The notes beneath the pieces are model-generated. The model searched no databases and had not been told where the DNA came from. It saw only the letters and a program-made list of their open reading frames with translations. A DNA stretch of 24,295 nt from a virus (lineage: Duplodnaviria > Caudoviricetes): IMG/VR virus record IMGVR_UViG_3300043414_000270, positions 1 to 24,295 of that record; one strand, given 5' to 3'. The translations under genes and the position numbers were made by a program. Below, one piece after another: positions 17,612-24,205 of the stretch (the stretch's first letter is position 1; each line of letters starts with the position of its first letter).

Positions 17612-18258
17612 TAAACAAAGAAGAACTATGGGAGCAAGTGTATAAAGTTGCTCGCCAATCTGCTTCCCGTTGCGCTCGCATCCATCGTAACTTGGTTTCA
17701 TCTGATGATGTATACCAACACCTTAACCTATGGGCAGTAGAACACTGGCATAAGATTGAGGAGTGGGAAGGGCAAGAGTCTTTAGTGTTTAAACTTAAGC
17801 GCACGTTTCACAACGAGGCGCAGAAGTTTGCTGCTAAAGAACGTGCATATAAATCTAAATCAAAACCTAATGATTCTTTTTATTACACGCATGAAATCTT
17901 GCAAGAGTTACTTAAAGATGTATGGAATTATGAACAGTGGGTGCAGTCAGGTTCACATGCTGATGCTGAGTTTATTCAAAACACAAGCAAACCAAGCGAG
18001 GGTATGAATCGTGAGGCTATGTTGTCTGATGTTTCGTTTGCACTTGAACGTTTAAACGAACAGGATAGGTTGCTCTTGCGGCGTAGGTTTGAGGGAGGCG
18101 GCTTGGATTTTGATGCGCTTGCCATTGAATACTCTGCAAGCGAGGAGGCACTGCGCAAAAGGGTGAGTCGTGCTCTTACTAAACTACAAGACAGGTTAGG
18201 TGGCGAGCAACCTCAATGGAACAACCGCCGATACAAGAAACAAGAGAAGGAACAGTAA
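17608..18258 (+). CDS. RNA polymerase sigma-70-like factor
   Basis: DDVYQHL region-2-like segment; region-4 HTH L.E.DR.LL..RF......ALA..Y..SEEALRKRVSRAL.KL. Confidence 0.75.
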   Translation: MINKEELWEQVYKVARQSASRCARIHRNLVSSDDVYQHLNLWAVEHWHKIEEWEGQESLVFKLKRTFHNEAQKFAAKERAYKSKSKPNDSFYYTHEILQELLKDVWNYEQWVQSGSHADAEFIQNTSKPSEGMNREAMLSDVSFALERLNEQDRLLLRRRFEGGGLDFDALAIEYSASEEALRKRVSRALTKLQDRLGGEQPQWNNRRYKKQEKEQ

Positions 18259-18371
18259 TGGAAAAGACACTGGCAATACATCTTACTGAGCAGCGCGAGC
18301 AGATAGCAAGAGAGATTGAAAATAAAATTGGTTGCGAAGATGCAGCAGAAATAGCGAGAGGTGTTAAATGA
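18258..18371 (+). CDS. 37-aa hypothetical protein (MEKTLAIHLTEQREQIAREIENKIGCEDAAEIARGVK)
   Basis: TAATG and ATGA overlaps at both ends; RBS AAGGA. Confidence 0.65.
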   Translation: MEKTLAIHLTEQREQIAREIENKIGCEDAAEIARGVK

Positions 18372-18919
18372 TTATTGGTTTAAGTGGATACGCACAGTCA
18401 GGCAAAGATACAGTTGCTGAGTTGTTGTGTTTAAACTATGGGTTTAAACGCATCTCGTTTGCACTACCTATGCGTGATGCAATCTATACGCTTAACCCAT
18501 ACATTATTAACGAAGGTTTAAATGAGGGTCAATGGCGTGTGGCTGATGAGATTGACGAGCATGGGTGGGAGATTGCTAAGCAGCACCCCGAAGTGCGTAG
18601 GTTAATGCAAGTATTTGGCACCGAGGTTGGGCGCAATATGTTTGGTGAAAACTTTTGGATTGACCAAGCGTTTAAACGGGCAGAAGAATACGAACGAGTT
18701 GTGTTCTCTGATGTGCGCTTTCCTAATGAAGCAAAGGCTATTCAGAATAAAGGTGGTGATGTGTGGCGTATCAACAGACACAATCATGCACCAGTTAATA
18801 CACATGCATCTGAAAGTGCTATGAATAACTTTATGTTTAAACATGTTATCTACAATGATGGCACGCTTGATGATTTATCTGATGAAGTATTTATGTTGGC
18901 TAAACAAATAAGTTTGTAA
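18368..18919 (+). CDS. Deoxynucleoside monophosphate kinase
   Basis: IIGLSGYAQSGKDT, R..MQ.FGTEVGR, SDVRFPNE and H.SE motifs. Confidence 0.9.
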   Translation: MIIGLSGYAQSGKDTVAELLCLNYGFKRISFALPMRDAIYTLNPYIINEGLNEGQWRVADEIDEHGWEIAKQHPEVRRLMQVFGTEVGRNMFGENFWIDQAFKRAEEYERVVFSDVRFPNEAKAIQNKGGDVWRINRHNHAPVNTHASESAMNNFMFKHVIYNDGTLDDLSDEVFMLAKQISL

Positions 18920-18923
18920 AATG

Positions 18924-18965
18924 CAGAAGCCTCGCAAAGGACTGGAATACTCTGCGAGGCTTTTG
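18924..18965. terminator. Hairpin / probable bidirectional terminator between convergent arms
   Basis: CAGAAGCCTCGCA...TGCGAGGCTTTTG stem; a second imperfect hairpin (GGGCA..TGCCC) follows at about 18969-19009. Confidence 0.7.
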
Positions 18966-19019
18966 TATGGGCACCTTCTCTACGCTTCCCCTACATAAAG
19001 GAGATGCCCTACATAAAAA

Positions 19020-19382
19020 CTATACCATATTGAGTGGCTCAGTAATAACCCACCCTCTACGTTTTCTCTCTACTTGCCTACGATATGGCGTGCTTCCACC
19101 CCAAATTCCGTAGCGTTCATGGGCTAAGCCCCACTCTAAACATGTGAGCATGACTGGACACTCAACACACATGCGGGCAAAGACTTGCTCCTCCTCAGGT
19201 CGGAAGATTTCTTTATCGGGAAAGAATAATTCTGTGTCTATCCCTCTGCATATCCCTTGCTCTGCAAGTTTCCTGTTCCACCGTAGTTTAAACGCAGTGC
19301 CAGTCTTACCCCGATTAGTTTTTTCTTCTTGCGCTATAACTTTGTGGTGCTCAGGTCTAATAAGTTTTGTATGGGCTGGCAT
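19020..19382 (-). CDS. whiB: WhiB-family Fe-S transcription factor
   Basis: C(RG)...LFFP...CVECPV...CLEW...GIWGG four-Cys and G-turn motifs; start 19382 or 19394. Confidence 0.9.
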   Translation of the reverse strand: MPAHTKLIRPEHHKVIAQEEKTNRGKTGTAFKLRWNRKLAEQGICRGIDTELFFPDKEIFRPEEEQVFARMCVECPVMLTCLEWGLAHERYGIWGGSTPYRRQVERKRRGWVITEPLNMV

Positions 19383-19545
19383 ATCCTGCTCCAATCATAT
19401 AATCAAGCAGGTTAGTTAGTAGTAAGTCGGCTTTCATTGGGCGTATCACTACTGGGTCAAGTGCATCCTCGGCATTGAACGTCAAGCCTTGGTCAACGAG
19501 GTGTTGTTTAAGTTCCATTACGAGTGCTTGATACATCAGTACCAC
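19357..19545 (-). CDS. Hypothetical protein
   Basis: 62-aa ORF overlapping both neighbours in the operon. Confidence 0.6.
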   Translation of the reverse strand: MVLMYQALVMELKQHLVDQGLTFNAEDALDPVVIRPMKADLLLTNLLDYMIGAGYASPYKTY

Positions 19546-19979
19546 CCCATTGCCAAGTGATGAGCGTATGCTTTACATATCCCACCTGTCTTTCCGTAGT
19601 GTCGGTCAATATAAATAAGTCCAGCATCCACCTGTTTAAACCCATCCCATGTTGGTTTAACTTTAATGTTTACCCATGTTTGTGGTTTAAGTTGTGCAAT
19701 ACCCGATGCCCCACCGCGCTTGTTTAATGCAGCAGGTCGCCAGTTGCTTTCCTTCATCCACAATTCATAGAGGCATGGATACTGTTCAAGTTTGTTTTGT
19801 TCTGTTAAACGTTGAATAGCATGGTGTTGGTACTCGTTGGTGTAGTAAGCAACCACCTCACCCTTGGGTGGGTGTGAAACTATCTGTACTCGTGGGTTAA
19901 GCACGAGAAAGATTCCGAGTACCACCACCGTTACAATCCATATCCGCGCATGCGGGTGTACGTGTTTAAACAAGTTCAC
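19536..19979 (-). CDS. Membrane-anchored lytic transglycosylase (SLT/Rpf-like)
   Basis: N-terminal TM helix; CL..LW.KESNW...A.N...A.GI.Q; YI..HYG...C.A..H....GWY. Confidence 0.85.
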   Translation of the reverse strand: MNLFKHVHPHARIWIVTVVVLGIFLVLNPRVQIVSHPPKGEVVAYYTNEYQHHAIQRLTEQNKLEQYPCLYELWMKESNWRPAALNKRGGASGIAQLKPQTWVNIKVKPTWDGFKQVDAGLIYIDRHYGKTGGICKAYAHHLAMGWY

Positions 19980-20343
19980 TTGCTATCTCCTTATGCTCAG
20001 GCAATACACGCTTGATGAAGTCAAGTAACCCATCGTCAATGTTTGTATCGTACCCATCGCCATCGTCAACACCAAGAACAATCATGTTGCCCATAAGCAG
20101 TGGGTTATTACCTAGCATGAAGGAGAGTGCACCACCGAAGCCGTTCATTGGTAGTCCTAGCATGATGCCCTCCTCGTTTACGTAAGCAGTGGCAAAGTCG
20201 TTACCGAAAGCATCGTAAAGTTTTACGATTTCAATTAGCCCACCCACTGCATCTTGATAGTCGGAGAGTTGTTTAAACACTCTCTCCTCGTATGTTCCGT
20301 CCGTGTGTAGTACCACGCCTTTGATTTCAGGATGTTTACTCAT
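19966..20343 (-). CDS. DUF3846-like hypothetical protein
   Basis: LSDYQDAVGGLIE...YVNEEG...GLP.N motif. Confidence 0.7.
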   Translation of the reverse strand: MSKHPEIKGVVLHTDGTYEERVFKQLSDYQDAVGGLIEIVKLYDAFGNDFATAYVNEEGIMLGLPMNGFGGALSFMLGNNPLLMGNMIVLGVDDGDGYDTNIDDGLLDFIKRVLPEHKEIASELV

Positions 20344-20536
20344 GGTTTTCTCCTCTCAAATTAGCAATCGTTTGTTCAAGCATGGCTATGCGTTCAGCCT
20401 TGTTTAAACGAGGTGTGATTCCGTATCTTAACTTGGCTGTCTTTAGCATTGCTTCGTATTCGGTGGTGTGATTAGAGATTAGTTCCTCTACCGCCTCGTA
20501 CTTTGCCCTTGCGTACATGTTGCTTGAAATACTCAT
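20336..20536 (-). CDS. Hypothetical protein
   Basis: 66 aa; GGAGG RBS; tightly packed. Confidence 0.7.
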   Translation of the reverse strand: MSISSNMYARAKYEAVEELISNHTTEYEAMLKTAKLRYGITPRLNKAERIAMLEQTIANLRGENHE

Positions 20537-20538
20537 TG

Positions 20539-20721
20539 TTATACCTCCACATCTATTCGTTCAGGTTCAGTACCGCATGGATATTTTGCTGCTGCATGCC
20601 ATTGCTTGGATGAGCAGTCTGCACATCGTACCTCATGGTCTAAGTCCATCATCCATAAGTGCGTTGCGTAGTTTTGTTTTGCTTGTTCAGGTGTACCATC
20701 AAATGGTTTTGGTATGTTCAT
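20539..20721 (-). CDS. Small Cys/His (possible Zn-binding) protein
   Basis: 60 aa; H-W...C..C.......PC. Confidence 0.65.
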   Translation of the reverse strand: MNIPKPFDGTPEQAKQNYATHLWMMDLDHEVRCADCSSKQWHAAAKYPCGTEPERIDVEV

Positions 20722-20723
20722 GT

Positions 20724-20891
20724 TTAAACACGCTCTTTAAGATTTACTTGTTGACGATACGCGTTAACGATACGGCGCAAGTTAGTGTTATCTTTTGCGA
20801 GGCGTGCGTTCTGTTTCATTGCCATGCCAAGCACGATTAACACGCTAAGCAAAGCAATCATTACTGCAATCATATCTCCAGTTGTAAGCAT
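20724..20891 (-). CDS. Small single-TM protein with coiled-coil
   Basis: MLTTGDMIAVMIALLSVLIVLGM...; ATG 20891 preceded by GATTGGA and by the promoter below. Confidence 0.7.
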   Translation of the reverse strand: MLTTGDMIAVMIALLSVLIVLGMAMKQNARLAKDNTNLRRIVNAYRQQVNLKERV

Positions 20892-20937
20892 TATGTTTTC
20901 CAATCTGTTTGTTTTAGTAGCGTTCGCTACATAAGAA

Positions 20938-21009
20938 ATACTCCTCCTTAATGAATAAAATGTCAAGGATTTCGTACATATTTTTTTTAATTTTGTACAA
21001 ATTTATTTT
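20938..21009 (-). promoter_or_regulatory. Sigma-70-type promoter with AT-rich UP element
   Basis: On the - strand: TTGACA (20966-20961), N17, GAGTAT (20943-20938), preceded by A-tracts. Confidence 0.65.
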
Positions 21010-21197
21010 GTTTAAACGCTTGACTTTAAGAAAGTTCCAGGTATATTGCTGTTGTCATAGTGTTTAAACAGTGCGTTTAAACAATGAACTCCAGACTTCC
21101 AGGTACACTAGCAATCTTGGTTGTTTAAACAGTTGTCTATCCCAGGCAACACTCGTTGTGCAGATGTGGTCATCGTTTAAACACCATGAAGATGGCA

Positions 21198-21226
21198 TAA
21201 AAATAACCCCGCCGAAGCGGGGCTAT
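21198..21226 (-). terminator. Intrinsic terminator after GATase
   Basis: On the - strand: CCCCGC-TTCG-GCGGGG then TTATTTTT (cUUCGg tetraloop). Confidence 0.85.
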
Positions 21227-21236
21227 CTTTATTTAC

Positions 21237-22043
21237 TTATGCGGTGTATGAATCCTCATCATCCCACCAGTGGTACTGCTCCTTGGCACGTGGCGAGTAA
21301 TCCCTCCACGTGTATGGGTCAACGGCTTTGTATGGTGTGAAGGTCTGATGCTCCACAATCTTTCCGTCCTTGACCTTGAAATACTCACCCTCTTTGGCTG
21401 AGTATTCCCACACTAGGTCTGAATCCAGCATGATGCTTGCATTGAATATGGTTTCCGCAGTGGAGCCATATACAAGGGAGCCTGATTTAGTCTGACCAAT
21501 CCACAACGGCGATGAGTTGAGGCGTGCTAGATGTAGCGTTCGTGCATCGTTGTTGCCAATCCACGCAAGGGCTGCGGTGCCTTGCACCTGAGGCAGCACG
21601 CTAGTTGGATGCGCAGTACCAGCGAAGGCAAGCAGCGCAGCCACTGCCTCCGAATCCACCTGACCACGGCGCTTGACGTTGAGTTGTTTAAACAACGCGA
21701 TGTCGTTGCTGATATGTCCGTTGTGAGTGAGCACGATATTGCCACGGGGAATTGGGTGGTTGTTATCGGTGTTGCTTGGGTTACCTTGCGTAGCCCAGCG
21801 AGTGTGAAGGATTGCAGTTGCAGCGTTTAAACACAAGCGTGCACCTACCTTGGGTAGATATTGGCTCGCTGCAATTGGTGCCTTACTGATAACGCGATTG
21901 CCTGAGGTTGAGTTAATCCATGCTGCACCCGTGGCGTGTTGTCCACGGTGTTCAATGTCCAGCAGCATCTGACCTGCAAGGCTAGTCGTGTTCGTTGATT
22001 GGTGGTCTTTAGGATTGAGGCAATAGCCTGCTATTCCGCACAT
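21237..22043 (-). CDS. Class II (Ntn) glutamine amidotransferase
   Basis: MCGIAG, HRG..ATG, HTRWATQG, NNHP, HNGHI.N and VDSE motifs. Confidence 0.9.
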   Translation of the reverse strand: MCGIAGYCLNPKDHQSTNTTSLAGQMLLDIEHRGQHATGAAWINSTSGNRVISKAPIAASQYLPKVGARLCLNAATAILHTRWATQGNPSNTDNNHPIPRGNIVLTHNGHISNDIALFKQLNVKRRGQVDSEAVAALLAFAGTAHPTSVLPQVQGTAALAWIGNNDARTLHLARLNSSPLWIGQTKSGSLVYGSTAETIFNASIMLDSDLVWEYSAKEGEYFKVKDGKIVEHQTFTPYKAVDPYTWRDYSPRAKEQYHWWDDEDSYTA

Positions 22044-22222
22044 ATATTCTCCAGTCCGTTCGTTGGTTGATAAGTGAATTGTATCACCGCGTGGGTGTCG
22101 CGGTCAATGACCCTGTTTAAACGCGAGATGGTCGCCAGATAGCGAGCATCCTGCTCGGTGTATAGCCCACTGAACCTGCGCCCAGTGGGGTCAACACCTC
22201 TCACGATGTATAATTTACTCAT
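22031..22222 (-). CDS. Hypothetical protein (MSKLYIVRGVDPTGRRF...)
   Basis: ATG 22222 overlaps the end of the upstream peptide gene. Confidence 0.5.
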   Translation of the reverse strand: MSKLYIVRGVDPTGRRFSGLYTEQDARYLATISRLNRVIDRDTHAVIQFTYQPTNGLENICAE

Positions 22223-22304
22223 CGCTCGCGAGCATGTAATAAGTGAAGGCTGCGAGCGTGATAATAATAAACGCTCGTCCATCGGTGAAGAATAGGGGCA
22301 GCAT
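22215..22304 (-). CDS. 29-aa hydrophobic peptide (MLPLFFTDGRAFIIITLAAFTYYMLASDE)
   Basis: Manual translation; starts 2 nt after the upstream stop; single TM-like segment. Confidence 0.5.
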   Translation of the reverse strand: MLPLFFTDGRAFIIITLAAFTYYMLASDE

Positions 22305-22306
22305 GT

Positions 22307-22462
22307 TTAAACACCTGCCTTTATGTTCATCACTAGCGCAGTGAATTTAACCTCGCCAGTATTAAGCGCAGCGATAGCCTCGTCAATCTCTTTCATGCTT
22401 GATGCGTGCAGGTTTACACCTACGCAACGGCTACCTTGAAAGATTGCATATTCTATATTCAT
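22307..22462 (-). CDS. 51-aa hypothetical protein (MNIEYAIFQGSRCVGVNLHASSMKEIDEAIAALNTGEVKFTALVMNIKAGV)
   Basis: Manual translation; GGAG RBS; stop lies inside GTTTAAAC. Confidence 0.7.
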   Translation of the reverse strand: MNIEYAIFQGSRCVGVNLHASSMKEIDEAIAALNTGEVKFTALVMNIKAGV

Positions 22463-22483
22463 GATTTCTCCAGTCTGTTTAAA

Positions 22484-22576
22484 CACGACTCACCCTCTGT
22501 GGGTCGTGCTCGTAGGATTGCTCCTACTAGTGCCCGCAGAGGGGATTGCACCCTCACGCACCCACTAGGGGCGGGC
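22484..22576 (-). ncRNA. Structured intergenic RNA with tRNA-like mini-domain
   Basis: GCCCGC/GCGGGC stem enclosing CCC-TAGT-GGG and GAGGG-TGCAATC-CCCTC, then GTAGGA-GCAA-TCCTAC and CACGAC/GTCGTG hairpins. Confidence 0.5.
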
Positions 22577-22586
22577 TGCCTATTGC

Positions 22587-23342
22587 TTAGGCTTGACCTT
22601 GCAAGTCTGCTGCTCGGCGCTTTAGGTAATCGGCAGTGGTTGGATTGAGATTGCCCGCATTGGTGATTGCGTTGATGAGTAACTCGCAGTTGTTTAAACG
22701 TTGCGCGGTGCCTTGGTAGACATCGGCGAGCAGGTTGCTCGCAGAATAATCTATGAGTGAGGCGATGAACTCTGCCCACGCCACTGCCTTGCGACCATTG
22801 AGCGTGCCTTGGTGCAGGCGCACCTCCAACGTACCGTGGCGCTCAAAAGACATGAGGTTGAGCGATTGGTAACGGTCACCGTGCACGTCCGAGATATTGC
22901 CACCTCGTACGCGCTCGGCGTTGCGCTCTGCCTGCGCGATTGTGAGAGTTTTGGTGTATTGGTTGTTTAAACGAGATGATGCAACGAGCGCTCCGATTGC
23001 ATCGTGCGCGGTGTACCAATTCATAATGAAATTGGCGATTGCATCGTGCGACAATGAGCGGGCACCGATATGCACGTGATAACCCGTGCTGCGGTCAACC
23101 TTGCCACCTGCACCGAGGAGGGCGCGGGTAACTGCCTGCGCATCGTTTAAACGCTCGGCGGTAAGGATTGGAGATACAACCTCCGCACCGTTGACGGAGC
23201 CATCCATAACTGCGCTCCATGACGTGTGCAGCCCGTGAGGGCGAGCCTCCACGCACTCAACGCCTGCAGCGTTTAGCACGCGAGATGCCTGCGCAACCGA
23301 GATACCTGCGACCTCTAGTTCCAACCCGAAAGTGTGGCTCAT
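22587..23342 (-). CDS. Putative amidoligase (COOH-NH2 ligase, GCS/GS-like fold)
   Basis: TFGLELEV, DGSV, EVVSP, STGYHVH, RY..LN and TLEVRLHQGTLN motifs. Confidence 0.85.
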   Translation of the reverse strand: MSHTFGLELEVAGISVAQASRVLNAAGVECVEARPHGLHTSWSAVMDGSVNGAEVVSPILTAERLNDAQAVTRALLGAGGKVDRSTGYHVHIGARSLSHDAIANFIMNWYTAHDAIGALVASSRLNNQYTKTLTIAQAERNAERVRGGNISDVHGDRYQSLNLMSFERHGTLEVRLHQGTLNGRKAVAWAEFIASLIDYSASNLLADVYQGTAQRLNNCELLINAITNAGNLNPTTADYLKRRAADLQGQA

Positions 23343-23863
23343 GAGTTCACCTGCATTGTGTTTAAACACGCAGGGCAGATTGGAGCGCCGAGGCGGTCAA
23401 GCGTTGCACGAGATACGCGCACGATATATGAGTCGCGCTCGCATGCTGCGCGGATGAGGCGGGTGGATTGTTTAGGTGCAGCCTCAACCTCCAACCGAGC
23501 GTGAGGATAAGCGCCGAGCATTGCGAGTGTGCCATAAACCCATGAGGGCAGGCTCACCAATTCGGGAGCAACCTGCGGAGCAGCGTTGCGCCATTGTGAG
23601 CCATGAGCCATTGCGAGCAGTGGCAGTACGAGGCGAGCAACACGCTGCGCATCGTCAACGGTTGGTGAGATGAAAATCTCGGCGGTAAAATCCTCCGAGG
23701 CGGTTGGAGGCACGATTGCAGCATCTGCAACGGTGCGACCTGTACGAGGTGGGAATCCGCAGGAGAGGCGAATCGCTGCCTCCTCGGCGTTGTTTAAACG
23801 CCCTGCGATGTGTGGGCGTGCAGCAATTGCAAGTGCTGCGAGCCATTGTTCACGGTTGTGCAT
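23339..23863 (-). CDS. SprT-like protein lacking HExxH
   Basis: REQWL, IRLSCGFP, EIFISP, LG.YPHA.L, KQSTRL and G.PICP.C resemble phage SprT-like proteins as I recall them; no HExxH present. Confidence 0.55.
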   Translation of the reverse strand: MHNREQWLAALAIAARPHIAGRLNNAEEAAIRLSCGFPPRTGRTVADAAIVPPTASEDFTAEIFISPTVDDAQRVARLVLPLLAMAHGSQWRNAAPQVAPELVSLPSWVYGTLAMLGAYPHARLEVEAAPKQSTRLIRAACERDSYIVRVSRATLDRLGAPICPACLNTMQVNS

Positions 23864-23918
23864 GTTGGTTTCCAATCGGTTTAAACGCTGCCCAATTGCA
23901 GCGTGCTGCGCACAGTCA

Positions 23919-23971
23919 ATCTTATGAAGATGAACAGAAGGTGAACGCAAGGTGAACGGCAGATGAACTCT
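23919..23971 (-). promoter_or_regulatory. Four 11-bp direct repeats (GTTCAYCT-N3, PHO-box-like) plus candidate -10
   Basis: TGAAC at 23931, 23942, 23953 and 23964 on the + strand; TAAGAT on the - strand at 23924-23919; 55-110 bp upstream of ATG 23863. Confidence 0.65.
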
Positions 23972-24173
23972 TTTGTTCCACATTGTGAGACGGTAAGCAC
24001 GCCTGCTGCGATTGCTGCGGGGCGCGGGGCGATTGAGGAGCGGGAGCAGAGTTGTCGCAGCCTGCACCGATAGCGCTGCTCCTTGCCTAGCCCTGCCTGC
24101 TCACTGCTGCTGCCTGCTTGCATTGCTTGCTAGTAGGGCAGAGATTGCGGGGTCAGCGACCCCAGGGTTTTAA

Positions 24174-24205
24174 ATATGCATGTATGTATGTGTATGTGTA
24201 TGCAC
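24174..24205. repeat. Alternating purine-pyrimidine tract
   Basis: ATATGCATGTATGTATGTGTATGTGTATGCAC, 32 nt of strict RY alternation. Confidence 0.8.

Larger units (their letters stand above)
16835..23886. repeat. Dispersed, highly iterated palindrome (Y)GTTTAAAC(R), dense zone
   Basis: 30 copies counted here and 9 more further left in the window. Confidence 0.95.

Noticed and set aside
21071-21340. 89-aa plus-strand ORF
   Set aside because: It runs against the operon, through a terminator and into the GATase gene; no RBS
22484-22576. Bona fide tRNA gene
   Set aside because: Too short and lacks D and anticodon arms; kept only as a tRNA-like structure
22406-22779. ORFs 22406..22648(+) and 22459..22779(-)
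   Set aside because: They overlap the amidoligase and the structured RNA; GC-rich shadow frames
16835-23886. GTTTAAAC series as a CRISPR array or cloning (PmeI) scars
   Set aside because: The repeat is only 8-10 bp, irregularly spaced and embedded in intact reading frames with degenerate Y/R flanks; there are no spacers or cas operon
23864-24067. 68-aa N-terminal extension of the SprT-like ORF
   Set aside because: It covers the direct repeats and promoter; ATG 23863 has the start-associated motif and precedes the conserved-looking REQWL
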